This document shows positions 38,916 to 50,535 of a DNA stretch of 64,000 nucleotides, in pieces. The first letter of the stretch is position 1. Every line of letters begins with the position of its first letter. The stretch is taken from positions 1-64,000 of IMG/VR virus record IMGVR_UViG_3300024999_000034; one strand, written 5' to 3'. Source of the stretch: a virus. The notes beneath the pieces were generated by a model. It was not told where the DNA came from. It made no database searches and saw only the letters and a program-made list of their open reading frames with translations. The translations under genes were made by a program, and so were the position numbers.

Positions 38916-40751
38916 CTATTCCTCCTCTTTATTATTTAAATCAATATCATTTATTACATTATGTAATTCGTGTCCTATGTCTTTATATCTCATTAGCAAA
39001 TATCTTTTAATACTATCGCTGAGTTCTATTTGGTCCTTACAACGACTTATTGCAACATATATGATAAAAATTTCCTCTGATATATCTTTTTTAGCTTTCT
39101 TTTTATCATTATCATTAAAATCCTCTTCTTTTTTAAGATATTTATTTCTATAAGTAACTTCTAAATCTAGATGATCATTACTAATATAAACAGGAATGTC
39201 TATAGTAAGACCTTTCGCCTTGTGACATGTCGAAAATATAATATCCGCTTTACTCTTATCTGTTACAGTATTATTTTTTATTCCATCTACAATATCAATA
39301 ATTCTACTTCCATATTTATCTACCATTCTTATTAAAGATAATATCTCGATATCCTCAATTTCCTCTGAATATTTTTTCATGGCCTCAAAATTATCAAATT
39401 TAGCAAATAATTTATTTTTGGTAGGATGCCCTTGACTAAAATAGTAACATTGTTTCAATGACTCGAAGGAATAAGATGAAAAACCTCCAACAAAGAAAAG
39501 TTTCTTATTTTTATCTTCATATAAAGCATCAGCTATTTCTGCAAATATGTATGCATTGGTTCTACACAAACAAGCATATGGTTTAGATTTATCTATATGA
39601 TCCACAATTGTTTGTTTAGTATTAAATCCTTTCATCTTAATATCATCACCAATGAAGTCTGAGATGATAAGATTTTCTATATGAGCAATGTTGTTAGATA
39701 CTCTAAATGATGTTGTGAGTTTGTATTCTTTTGCATCAAACATAGGCATGATATTCACAGCATTTTTCCAACCATAAATTTTTTGATAAGGGTCTCCAAC
39801 CACACAGATGCCCTTTACATTAGAATTTTTAAGTATATCAAACATCATAATTGACGAATCTTGACACTCATCAAGAAGAATAATGTCGTATTTACTCGAT
39901 AAATCAGTTTTACTAAGATGGAACATCTTCAAATAATCATCGTGTGAAATTTTGATACTGTTTTTATATTTCTTTTTTAATTCCCATAATCTAGTACAAC
40001 AAGATAATATCCTATCTCTCATCTTATCTTCTTTAAATATCTCTAATTCTTCAAATTCTTGAGCAGACGATAAAACATAGGCAGTCATCATAGCATTAAT
40101 TTTAACTGCTAATTCCATTTCCCTATCCCAATTTAGATTTAAATCTTTTATAATATCAACTACTCCATAATTAAAGGTTAATTTATCTTTATAGAATTTT
40201 CCACAGTAAAAATAAGCTAGTGAATGTATTGTACGAATTTCTGTTCCTTTCTGTGATTTAAATAATTCTTGACTCTCTATTTGCATAGATTTATTATACA
40301 CTAAATATAATATCTTTTTAAATGGTCTACTTTTGGCATAGTAATACAAAGTCGTTGATTTACTTGAACCCGTTAACGCACTAACCTTAACCCTATCCTC
40401 TGTACTAAAGATAATATCCTTCTGTTCCTTCGTCAACCAATATCCATCTTCTGACATATAATCAGACATTTCTACTTCTACATCATCAAATTGTTTATTA
40501 TAAAATTCTGTAGATAATACATTTGATTCTGATTGTTGGAATATTGTTTTATCTTCTTTTATTATGAGTTTCATTTTTGCTTCGCAATTACTTACATTGG
40601 ATTCAGTATCTTTAGCATGAGAGTAAAATTGTTTTTGCGCACCAAAGTTTCTAATTAAAATTTCATGGCAAACAGGACATGTATAAATATTATTAGATGT
40701 TGACTCTATGATATCTACAAGTTTATTATTTTGGTCATACGCTTTTTTCAT
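38916..40751 (-). CDS. UvrD/REP-like SF1 helicase with N-terminal Zn finger
   Basis: Walker A ALTGSSKSTT, ILLDECQD, VGDPYQKIY, TSFRV, LCRTNA, STCHKAKGL, YVAISR. Confidence 0.85.
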   Translation of the reverse strand: MKKAYDQNNKLVDIIESTSNNIYTCPVCHEILIRNFGAQKQFYSHAKDTESNVSNCEAKMKLIIKEDKTIFQQSESNVLSTEFYNKQFDDVEVEMSDYMSEDGYWLTKEQKDIIFSTEDRVKVSALTGSSKSTTLYYYAKSRPFKKILYLVYNKSMQIESQELFKSQKGTEIRTIHSLAYFYCGKFYKDKLTFNYGVVDIIKDLNLNWDREMELAVKINAMMTAYVLSSAQEFEELEIFKEDKMRDRILSCCTRLWELKKKYKNSIKISHDDYLKMFHLSKTDLSSKYDIILLDECQDSSIMMFDILKNSNVKGICVVGDPYQKIYGWKNAVNIMPMFDAKEYKLTTSFRVSNNIAHIENLIISDFIGDDIKMKGFNTKQTIVDHIDKSKPYACLCRTNAYIFAEIADALYEDKNKKLFFVGGFSSYSFESLKQCYYFSQGHPTKNKLFAKFDNFEAMKKYSEEIEDIEILSLIRMVDKYGSRIIDIVDGIKNNTVTDKSKADIIFSTCHKAKGLTIDIPVYISNDHLDLEVTYRNKYLKKEEDFNDNDKKKAKKDISEEIFIIYVAISRCKDQIELSDSIKRYLLMRYKDIGHELHNVINDIDLNNKEEE

Positions 40752-41153
40752 TTATTTTATTTCTCCTTCAAATTCATTTTCCATATTATTTATCATAATT
40801 ATATTCATTGGTTTATCAATCTCATATACATTACACTTAAACAATTCCTTAATGTTTTTATTAAACATATTTTTAAAATCCGCACCACTCTTTTCACAAT
40901 GTAACTCTGTAATCTCATCAGTAGTAAGAACACTCTTATGTATCATAGTAAGTCCTTTATTTGCATTACTCTTATCTTTAGCAACCATTGATACACTATA
41001 GCAATCATCAAATCTCCAAGACTTAGGTTTAAGTATCATTGCAAACATTCCATCTTTTGTTTCTACAGCCAAAGTAATATCTTCGTCAGATTTCATAATT
41101 TTAACAAATTTTGATACGGTTTTTATTTCATTAAATTTATTATAATATAGCAT
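40752..41153 (-). CDS. Hypothetical protein
   Basis: 133-aa ORF coupled to its neighbours. Confidence 0.55.
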   Translation of the reverse strand: MLYYNKFNEIKTVSKFVKIMKSDEDITLAVETKDGMFAMILKPKSWRFDDCYSVSMVAKDKSNANKGLTMIHKSVLTTDEITELHCEKSGADFKNMFNKNIKELFKCNVYEIDKPMNIIMINNMENEFEGEIK

Positions 41154-42496
41154 TATTCATCATCCTCTTCTCTTTTGTTTCTTTCATTCAATTCATCCTC
41201 AATCTGTTGTAAAACATCTATAGGTATTTGTGCATGATTTAAATCTTCTATTTCTTGAAATGCTTTTTGTTCTTCAATTGTGAGTGGCTGTTTATATTCT
41301 AATGCTTTCTTTTTCAGTAATAATGTTTCAAGTTCTTCTATGGTAAAATCATCAATGGATTTTTCGGCATTATTTATCTTTTGTTGAATACTTCTTCTCA
41401 TATTAGATATTGATTTATTAGTATGAATCAACCCCTTCTTGCTAACTTCTAATTTTAATTGTCTATTAAAATTGTCTTTTGCATAATATTTACCTATGTA
41501 TGTTGTGCAATATTTGTATTCAGTAGTTAGATAATCATTATTATAAACTATTAAATTAAGTTCATTTTGCAAAACATTATTGTATCCTTGGATAGTTCTT
41601 GAATCTGTAACCAAACCATTTAATTGATTCTGAGTTAAATAACCAAAGTTTTTACTATTACTTGATACTCTACAACAAGCAATAAAATATCTAATCAGAC
41701 TAAATTTGTTAGAATTATTATGCTGTAAATATTTAAATATACAGTTTATATCTCTATCAAAAACTTTAAAATACGAAGATATAGGTATGGTTGAAAGTTC
41801 TACTAAGAATAAAGTGTTTTTATTTTTGATGATTGATTTAATAGTAAATTTTATATTATTTTTATCATAATTCTCATCACATAGGTTATATACTTTAGCA
41901 ATATAACCTTTATTTTCTAATCCAATTAAAGAGTTTTTAATCGTAGCAACTAAATTTCTATTATTAGAAACATCTACTCTCATATAATCACATATCATTT
42001 GGACTGAGCACAATGAACATGATGTACGCTCATTATAATTTCTCAATAATAAAATCAATATTGTAATTTCTTCATTAGTAATACTTGTGTCATCATAAAT
42101 ATCGTTCGGTAATTTAATGAAACTATTTACTAATAAAGGCAATTTATCTTGCTCTGCTTTAAGTATTTTATCTAGAGTCTTTTCTATATTATAACCAGTG
42201 TTTATAGAATCATAATGATTAATACACATATTCTCAATTTTTATCAATTCGGTAGATTCTCTAAGTCCTAATTCTACTTCCTCAGTAATATCTTCCAATA
42301 CTTCAAATGTGAAGCAATCCTCACCAAATCCGTTTCAATCTTCTTGTAATTTATAGTTGTAATGATTATTATTGTCGAGGTATCTTCTATGTGTTTTCCA
42401 ACGATTATTAACATCAATGCTTTTGCCGATATAAACTTTTCCATTCTTAGTATTAGTTATTTTATAAACACCAACTATTTTATTTAACTTAATCAT
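41153..42496 (-). pseudogene. GIY-YIG nuclease fused to tandem wHTH domains, with in-frame TGA at codon 54
   Basis: ATG at 42496 with AGAAGGAG RBS: MIKLNKIVGVYKITNTKNGKVYIGKSIDVNNRWKTH...LQED*NGFGEDCFTFEVLE continues in frame into the 41153..42298 ORF. Confidence 0.85.
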
Positions 42497-42599
42497 ATTT
42501 ACTTAACTCCTTCTTATTCTAAAAATTTATTTTTAACACCCTTTTACCTTTACATGCATTTCAGCCATTTTACCAATTTATAGATTTCTAATACATAGA

Positions 42600-42930
42600 C
42601 CCTAATGACCATTTTGGACGTTTTTATAGGCATACGATAGAACATAGTATCTACTAGGCTTACAAGGTTTTAAATGATATAATAATACCCTATAATCTCA
42701 TACATAGGTTTTCATGTATGCCTAAGAATTGAACCAAAGTGGTCATTAGGGTGGCGTTACGTATGCCTAAATTTTGAGCCTTTTTGTCATTTTTATAGGC
42801 ATCTAATTAGAGAGTTAATTCTACATTACTATTAGAGATATAATTCTACAAAATCATTAAAGATTAAATTCTACAATTTTTGGGCATATAAAATACATGC
42901 GTATTTTAATACCCTATTTAAAATTTTGTT
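42600..42930. other. Candidate iteron-type replication origin
   Basis: TAGGCATAC-like motif at 42627, 42716, 42761, 42796, 42881. 17-bp IR at 42601-42617 and 42734-42750. AATTCTACA x3 at exact 25-bp period (42817, 42842, 42867). Directly downstream of a Rep-like gene. Confidence 0.65.
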
Positions 42931-42942
42931 TTCTTTTGTTTC

Positions 42943-43983
42943 TTAAATTCTTATCATATTATTGCTCCTTATGTATTCATATAATTGATAATCTTCCTCC
43001 TTTAAACATTTTTCATATTGCTTAATTGTGTCTTCATAATAATATCTTATATAAAACATTTTCTTTCCTTCTATTTTATCACTTTCATTTGATAGAGCTA
43101 ATTTTTCAAATCCTTTAGATTTTATGTAATCAAATTCCTTTTGCTCTTGTTTGTTAAAAATAGGATTTAAATAATAATAAATATACTCTGGTCTTTCATA
43201 TAATTTTATTTCATATCTATTATTTCCTCCTTTAAATTTTCTTTGATGGTCATCTTCATCAATATAAGTTATTGGTTTTGATTTGTACATCTTTATTAGA
43301 TTATATTTACCATTAGATAATTTCTTTGCAAATTTACTTATTGTATCATCATATAATCCTATGTATTTAGATATTTCTTCTCTGTCTGGGAAAGCATAAT
43401 GAGTTCTATAATATAGAGGAATGATTTCACCAGTTGAGTAATTTACTTTCTCCCATGCAAGATAATAATTGTATTTAGTTAATATTACACAATAGATAGC
43501 CCATTCTGTAGGAGATAATGTAGTTATTATTTTATGTACAAATTCACAAGGTATAGGAGAATAACCATTTTTATCTATATGATCAATCAATTTATTATTA
43601 TATCCTATATAGAATTTTATTAGCTCATTATTATTTAGAGTAATAATATCCTTATCAATAATAATTACTTCATGTAATATTAGTTTTCCTAAAGCATCTT
43701 TAATTTTATTAGGTTTTAGATTTGTTTCTTCAGATATTGAATTTACAGTAGTAGAAACATATTCACTCTTTATTGCTCTAGACATTAAATACCATAGAAT
43801 ATACCAACCATCTATTGTATACTTATCCTTGATGTGTGATTCATTTATAGATTGATATTGTAATTTAATAAATCTAGTGTAGTCTATACCCCTTATATCA
43901 AATGTCTTGTCAAAGTATATGTATCTGGAATCGGTTGAGTTATAATATTGAGATAGGTCTTTTAGAGATTCTACTTTATTCAT
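42943..43983 (-). CDS. Putative replication initiator with tandem winged-helix domains
   Basis: TTVNSISEETNLKPNKIKDALGKL and LSPTEWAIYCVIL...AFPDREEISKYIGL resemble HTH_36-type Rep domains. Confidence 0.6.
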   Translation of the reverse strand: MNKVESLKDLSQYYNSTDSRYIYFDKTFDIRGIDYTRFIKLQYQSINESHIKDKYTIDGWYILWYLMSRAIKSEYVSTTVNSISEETNLKPNKIKDALGKLILHEVIIIDKDIITLNNNELIKFYIGYNNKLIDHIDKNGYSPIPCEFVHKIITTLSPTEWAIYCVILTKYNYYLAWEKVNYSTGEIIPLYYRTHYAFPDREEISKYIGLYDDTISKFAKKLSNGKYNLIKMYKSKPITYIDEDDHQRKFKGGNNRYEIKLYERPEYIYYYLNPIFNKQEQKEFDYIKSKGFEKLALSNESDKIEGKKMFYIRYYYEDTIKQYEKCLKEEDYQLYEYIRSNNMIRI

Positions 43984-44016
43984 ATTTTACTTAATTCCTT
44001 CCTTATTATGTAGTTG

Positions 44017-44223
44017 TTATTTACTCCATTGATTTAGTATTGTATCTAGTTTATTATTTCTTAGAAACATCCAATAAGTTCTATTTGTTTTTGGATTTAT
44101 TCCTTTTGCTATATTTTCTATATTATGATCTCTAATGAAACGTAAAAGATTAATACTGTAGCAAAAGTAATATGGATTGTTGTTTGGAGTATTCACATTC
44201 AAATTCATTTTTAAGTCCTCCAA
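44017..44223 (-). CDS. DUF5659-like small protein
   Basis: YFCYSINLLRFI...GINPKTNRTYWMF. Confidence 0.55.
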   Translation of the reverse strand: MEDLKMNLNVNTPNNNPYYFCYSINLLRFIRDHNIENIAKGINPKTNRTYWMFLRNNKLDTILNQWSK

Positions 44224-44229
44224 TATATT

Positions 44230-47080
44230 TTGATATTTATAATTTGATTTATTGGAATAGGATAAAAGATAACAGGGGAACGAAAATTAAATAAAACGAA
44301 TTGAAATTCTTATTTATTTAATTTTATGCTACGCAGAATATATTTATTTCTCTACTTATAATACTTATGTAAAACCTGCTATATCAATAATATTAATTTG
44401 TATTTTTCATTGCAATAAAATCATCAATAATTTATTTTTCATTTCCTCCCTCTTACTAAGTATACCATAATATCAAAGACAATGTAAATATTTATTTATA
44501 TATTTGTAAAAGAATTTATAATAAAATTAATTTAAATCTACCATGATAAAAATTTACCAGAGCAAATAATTTTAAAAACCTTGAAAGCATTGTTATGATT
44601 ATGTTACAGAGATTTGTTCGGATGAAGTGTATATAGTATATAGCACCTCATCCATTGTAATTGTTGTAATACTAGTGAGAGTTAGGATGTAGGGATTATT
44701 TTGTTTTGAGGTTGTGGTAAATTTTTATATGTTAGTAGAAGTATGATTACATGGATTTATTATTCATAGTGATTATTCCTTTCTAGATATTAATTTTTTA
44801 TTCTTTCAGAGATTTTCACCTCTGTTAACAGTATATCATATTGGAAATTATAATGCAAGTATTTATTTTATTATTTATTAGATGGAAGATTGAGATTTTT
44901 AATTTATGCAAAATAAAATTTAATTTTTTCAAGATAAAAATATCATAAAAAATATTTTCACAAATTTTATGGAGTCGTATATGGGAGATAATTGTATCGC
45001 TTTATAATGTAAAGATACGCCCCCGTATAGTAGAAGGTATATGATATAATGGATGAAAGTGTTGTTAGAGTAGGGATTTATGAGAGGATTATATTAATGG
45101 ATGTTTTAATTTTTATAGATGAATTTATTGTAATTATTGTTTTTGGAATTTGTTCGATTGGATTGAAATAGATTTTTGGGATTTGGGAATATTGGATGGA
45201 GATTTAGAGGTGAAAGTTTATATATTTTATGGAATTTGTGTATCAGATAATTGTTGTTAGAGTGGTGTTTATTGGTATTTTGGTGAGATTTATTGTTAGA
45301 TAGTTTTAGTGATAATTGGAGATAAATTTATAGATTTTATTAAATTTTTATGATTTATTTATTAAATTTATTTGACTTTTGGATGAATTTGTGAATGAGG
45401 TTTTGAGAGGTGAGTGATTAGAAAATGTTGTGTTGATTATGTTTTTGCGAAGAAAATACGAAGGGGATTTGGGATAGAATTAGGTTGTATTGGAATTTAT
45501 TTTTTATTGAGGGAGAATTAGTATTGACAAATTTAAAATAGTATGATCGTATTCGTAAAATAAAATTACTGTCGATGAACATGTACTCTGCACATAATGT
45601 CGAACCATGTCGAAACATAATTTGTAATCCATGCCCCTATACCTGCATAGTTGGCATGGAATTTGAAAGTAAAGTCTGACGGTGATTTTTGCTATAGTCT
45701 ATGCTTATGACAAACTGAAAATAGTATGGGCCGGATATGGTGCGAACCCTGAAACCCTTACTATAGGCCGATTGTTCCTCTAATCTGAATGTAACAAAAG
45801 AGGGATGTGTTACATTCGATGAATAATTAGGGTTATAATGTGTCGGTCGGGATGTTTGGAGAGCTTAGAAGGGCAAATTTAGAGAGGAAATGATAGGAGA
45901 ATTAGAAAATGGTAATGTCCTGGGATTTGATTGGCTGCACTCGGCAATGATAATGTCGAATTGATTTTATCGGGTGAAATGAGAGAGATAATCAATTTAT
46001 TGGGCTTTGATGTTATTATCATAGGTGCAAAAAATTTTGTCGGTAAACTTTCGAGGCATATAACATAGGCGAAATGTTTGAACACTTTTGCAGTATCAAA
46101 AATATACCTAGTATATAAAAGATACTAACTATAATATCTATACTAACAACAAAAATTATACTAAGTATCTTTTATATACCAATTCAAAACTATCATATTA
46201 TACTATCACCACTACCTCATTACATGATCACAATGATCACATTCAATACACCACTAAAATGTACATACATTGTGACTACTTATATCCTACTGATTCACTA
46301 AACATTAATCCCAACTTAATTACTATACATTATACTACACTAAACTACTATGACTTAATTCATACAACTTTACTATACATTAATCCTTACTAATCTACCA
46401 CACTATAATCCATACCATTTCACTATGTATTACTCTAACCACAACAAACCTTAAAAACTTAAAACATCTCTAATCAAATTCCATACCAAAAACCCACAAA
46501 ATACGACACACCCGATACCGTGTAGAAAAATTTTACTCTAAGACACAAAATAAATATCTACATACCATTATAACCCTCAATACCTCAAACCTCTTAAAAG
46601 CCCCTTTCTGTGCCTCTGATGCAATATATTTATATTTGCATTTGTACACATATTCAACTCTATTTTCAAGTTGGCATACATATTGCATAGTATACACATC
46701 ACAACCAATTCTAATAAATACAGCACAATAAGCACAATACACTGCAATCCGGTTGACTCTAGATATCTGACAGATATAATGCTAACCTCTATTACTATTG
46801 ATCACACTCTATTTATTACCTCTTATCTTATCCATTATTGCTTCTATTTTTATCCCTGCTATCATTATACCACTAACATATCTAAACCTCTTAAAACACC
46901 ATCCTATAGCCTTACACATAAGCATATAACACACTAACCTCATTGTACTAAATTTTTCCCTGTATAATAGGAAAGAATAATCCAAACAAATCTCATAATC
47001 CATCTCTAACCCACTAGACAGATGCCTATTTAAATGGTAAAATAAATAAACAAAATAAATCAATAAAGGAGTTGCTTAAC
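44230..47080. other. Non-coding divergence region between the two transcription arms
   Basis: No credible long ORFs. Plus strand is G/T-rich at ~44.6-45.5 kb and C/A-rich at ~46.1-47.0 kb. Confidence 0.7.
44830..44858 (-). promoter_or_regulatory. SigA-type leftward promoter
   Basis: TTGCAT-17-TATACT with an extended -10 TG. Confidence 0.6.
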
Positions 47081-47082
47081 CA

Positions 47083-47511
47083 ATGGCAAAAAGAACTAAA
47101 TCTACTAACACACCTAGAAAATTAGAAGACACATCCTGGTTAGCTCAAATAATCAAAGACAAAATGGAGGTAGAATCTCAAAAAATGGGTTTATGGCCTT
47201 CAAATCGTTACAAATCACTACATACTCTACACATTATCGTAAATAAAGCAGACGATGAAAACTACAACAATATCTACTATGACACATACAACGGTAAAAA
47301 ATCAATCACAATATGCGAAATACCATCATTAACGATAGAATATGGTTACGACTACGACACAGAAGGAATGCAAGCAAAACTTAGAGGACTACAAGAACGC
47401 TACAAGGATGACGATGGAATGTACATAGTATCAGTCTTGACCACAAATGACTTAAACAGTGCAATGATAAAAGACTTGGAAGAATTAATGTATCAAATAG
47501 GAACACACTAA
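47083..47511 (+). CDS. Early hypothetical protein
   Basis: AAGGAG RBS, followed by a terminator at 47511-47540. Confidence 0.7.
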   Translation: MAKRTKSTNTPRKLEDTSWLAQIIKDKMEVESQKMGLWPSNRYKSLHTLHIIVNKADDENYNNIYYDTYNGKKSITICEIPSLTIEYGYDYDTEGMQAKLRGLQERYKDDDGMYIVSVLTTNDLNSAMIKDLEELMYQIGTH

Positions 47512-47761
47512 AAGCAGGTTATTTCCTGCTTTTTCTTTTTTCCTTACAATCTATTAACAATTAAATTCTAACCTCTCATACGGCTCCTAGTGGCCTCTGA
47601 TAGTAATCTATTGTCCTTTATATTATCTGTGCTACTCCAAATCAACCAACAACTATAAATATAAATATCTTTACATCTACAACATAAATCTATATACTCT
47701 TAATTAATTCAATGTATTAATCAAATACCAAAAATACATAAATAAAAGGAGTGCTTACACT

Positions 47762-48145
47762 ATGGCAAGAAACCTAAAACCAGCAAATCTCAAAAAACTA
47801 TCTCAAATCAAAACCTCTAACGGCTTCAAAATTGACTTACCCAATTACATGTATAATCCATCTTATGACCATGAATACCCAAACCTCCTAAAACTAACCC
47901 ACGAAACCACAACTGAGCGTTTTTACACCACTGTAAAATACTTCAAACGCTATAATGGAACCGGATATTATTCAACAGAAACTTATTCCCACAAAATTGA
48001 TGATTCGAATTCCTGGAGCATTGCAAACAGTCTAAAAGAAACTGAATTAGAAGAGTCTAATAGATTTAGCATGAAACATCTAATAGAACTAGCGGAACAA
48101 ATTAAACTAGAAAACATTCCGGCAATTGCTGAAGCAGCACGTTAA
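47762..48145 (+). CDS. Early hypothetical protein
   Basis: AAGGAG RBS, terminator at 48171-48194. Confidence 0.7.
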   Translation: MARNLKPANLKKLSQIKTSNGFKIDLPNYMYNPSYDHEYPNLLKLTHETTTERFYTTVKYFKRYNGTGYYSTETYSHKIDDSNSWSIANSLKETELEESNRFSMKHLIELAEQIKLENIPAIAEAAR

Positions 48146-48574
48146 CATAAACCACAAAATAAAACCACTAAGAGGCTCTAACGAGTCTCTTTTCTATTCC
48201 TCTAACATTCCCTCACCCATCCACATAAAACCTCTCACAATCAATCCTAGCACATATCACAGCAATATAAATATCATAATAAAAAGTGTGAAACTCTTAA
48301 TATATATAATATAGGACTTTCACACTTTTGAAAATTCCCATATTCCCGATCACAACAAAACAAATCCTAAAATAAATATTGACATAAATTAATAACCATG
48401 CTATAATTAATTTTACCCGATTATACAGAAATAAATTTTAAAGAAAAGGAGTTGAGCGAACCATACTAATTATACAAATTGTACAAATACGTAGCACTGG
48501 TAGCACATAGGTAAGTTTATTCTGTTTATTATTGCATCAGTAAAAAATAAAATTATAAAAGAGGTATATTAAAA

Positions 48575-48892
48575 ATGAAATATAATGACTTTGAATTAAC
48601 TATATTAGATATGCTCTATAATCCTTATGGCCCTAATGGATTGGAAGAAGATCAAGAACCGCAAGTATCAAACCTTGAATACATCCTAGAATATTGTAAT
48701 GAATATTCCTTAGAATCTAATCCAGACCAAACATATCATGAATGGATACAATTATATGAAGGAAATGATTCTATAATTTTAGAAATGATTATGGAAGAAT
48801 ACATGCGTATTATTGAAAGAAGTACTGAAAAAATAGTTATAGAACATTCAAAACAAAGAATTAATATTAATCTAGAAAATGAAGGAGAATAA
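48575..48892 (+). CDS. Acidic hypothetical protein
   Basis: AGAGG RBS. Confidence 0.6.
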   Translation: MKYNDFELTILDMLYNPYGPNGLEEDQEPQVSNLEYILEYCNEYSLESNPDQTYHEWIQLYEGNDSIILEMIMEEYMRIIERSTEKIVIEHSKQRININLENEGE

Positions 48893-48896
48893 ATAA

Positions 48897-50138
48897 ATGA
48901 ATATTGATAAATTAAGAGAATATGTAAAAACCTCCAATACAATTGCAAATTATAAATTCCTATGTGCTATTCTAGGCATCAAAGTAACTAATGGGAATTC
49001 TAAAAAATCACAATTACTAGAAATGGAAAGATACTTTAAATATCACAAGGAGGGAAATAAATTTATTATTGAAGAAATATATGATAATCCATTAAACAAA
49101 ATAGAAAATAGAGGCGGTAACAATGTCACGGAATACACCAAAATTATAGAAAACTTAATACTAGATTTATTACTACAAGGTGGAAACACTAAACAAGGTT
49201 TCGGTCTAGTATTCCTTAGTAAAAATCAATTATTAAAAGAATTCCATATGATTAATGATAATTATGTTTACTGCAAGCGCAGAATATTAAAATTATCTAA
49301 ATTTATGAATATTGATAAGGAAACAGTCGAGGAATGGTATGATCTAAATGATGATATGTTAGAAAGAAATTTACAGCAAGCTCTTAAAAGTTTAGAGAAT
49401 CAATCATTGGTGTCATGGGATAGAGAAATTACAATTGCTGAAGCAATCCCTTTAGCTGAAATTACGCATGATGGAACCGAGGTAATAAAAAGAAAATACA
49501 TAGATCAATACGACGAAGAACAAACTGATTATAAATATTATGCAAATGATGAAATAAAATTGAATTATAGAGAAGGGACTAATAAAGAAAAAGCATTTAT
49601 TTTAGAAACTGAAAAAGAAATAATGAAAGAATTAGGATGCGATAGTAAACAAAAGATTATTAAATTTGGATTATGGGATATATTCAAGAATAAAATAGAT
49701 GATATTATATTGAAAAAACTTAATATTGCATTTTACTATAAGTCCTATAAAATCCTATTTAATGAAAAACATATAAAAGAGGCTATAAACGATATTTTCT
49801 ATCAATTTGAATTAACTGAGGATGAAAAGATAGCAAGTAAAATAATACTAAATAGTGATGTAATGGACAGAACTATCACAAATGCAGAAAATAGACATGA
49901 TAAGGCTATAGAAGAGAAATCTAAAATCATTGGCAAAATGAAAAATGATACAAAAGGGCAGAGAACTATAAGGAGAACAAAAGAAAATTATATTAATGAT
50001 AATAGAGAATTAGGAAATAATCTAATAATCAAAGGTGCTGTAAATATTAAAGAAATTGTAAAAAGAATTAAATTAGAAATTAAAGAAGAAAAGTCAATAG
50101 ATGAAATATTACAAGAAATATTAGATGAATTAGAATAA
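48897..50138 (+). CDS. Conserved phage protein, possibly DNA-binding or replication-associated
   Basis: NYKFLCAILGIKVTNGNSKKSQLLEMERYFKYHKEGNKFIIEEIY N-terminus, followed by a spaced inverted repeat. Confidence 0.5.
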   Translation: MNIDKLREYVKTSNTIANYKFLCAILGIKVTNGNSKKSQLLEMERYFKYHKEGNKFIIEEIYDNPLNKIENRGGNNVTEYTKIIENLILDLLLQGGNTKQGFGLVFLSKNQLLKEFHMINDNYVYCKRRILKLSKFMNIDKETVEEWYDLNDDMLERNLQQALKSLENQSLVSWDREITIAEAIPLAEITHDGTEVIKRKYIDQYDEEQTDYKYYANDEIKLNYREGTNKEKAFILETEKEIMKELGCDSKQKIIKFGLWDIFKNKIDDIILKKLNIAFYYKSYKILFNEKHIKEAINDIFYQFELTEDEKIASKIILNSDVMDRTITNAENRHDKAIEEKSKIIGKMKNDTKGQRTIRRTKENYINDNRELGNNLIIKGAVNIKEIVKRIKLEIKEEKSIDEILQEILDELE

Positions 50139-50535
50139 AATTATAAAAGTTGGACATTTTAATTCCCCGTAATATATAATAGTATAATGGGCATATGAAA
50201 CGTCCAACTTTTTATCTATTATTTCATAATTATCAAAACTAAATCAAAAACCCTAGCTTGCAGCAGCCTTTCAATTTTGAGATAAGCTCAAAATAGCATT
50301 TATCAACTCTAATTAAATTTATTCTAATAATCCTTAAATCCTCAATAAATACAGTGATTTAGGAACGTATGTCAGCATTTCGCTATTCGCTCAATGGCTG
50401 AATTTATATTTCTAATAATTTTTTTCTTTTACAATTCTTAATAAACACTAAAATAAAATACTTTACAATCTATTATCCTATCTATATAATACTAATCAAT
50501 ATTAAAATACATAAAAAGAAAGAAGGCATTCCCTC

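Noticed and set aside
33673-42496. Alternative genetic code (stop-codon reassignment)
   Set aside because: Only one TGA and one TAG interruption. Trp is otherwise TGG, and TAG/TGA end many intact genes cleanly (e.g. 5426, 33114, 51868, 52922).
42817-42875. Cas12a direct-repeat mimic (AATTTCTAC)
   Set aside because: The copies are AATTCTACA without the GTAGA pairing arm, and the 25-bp period next to a Rep-like gene fits origin repeats better.
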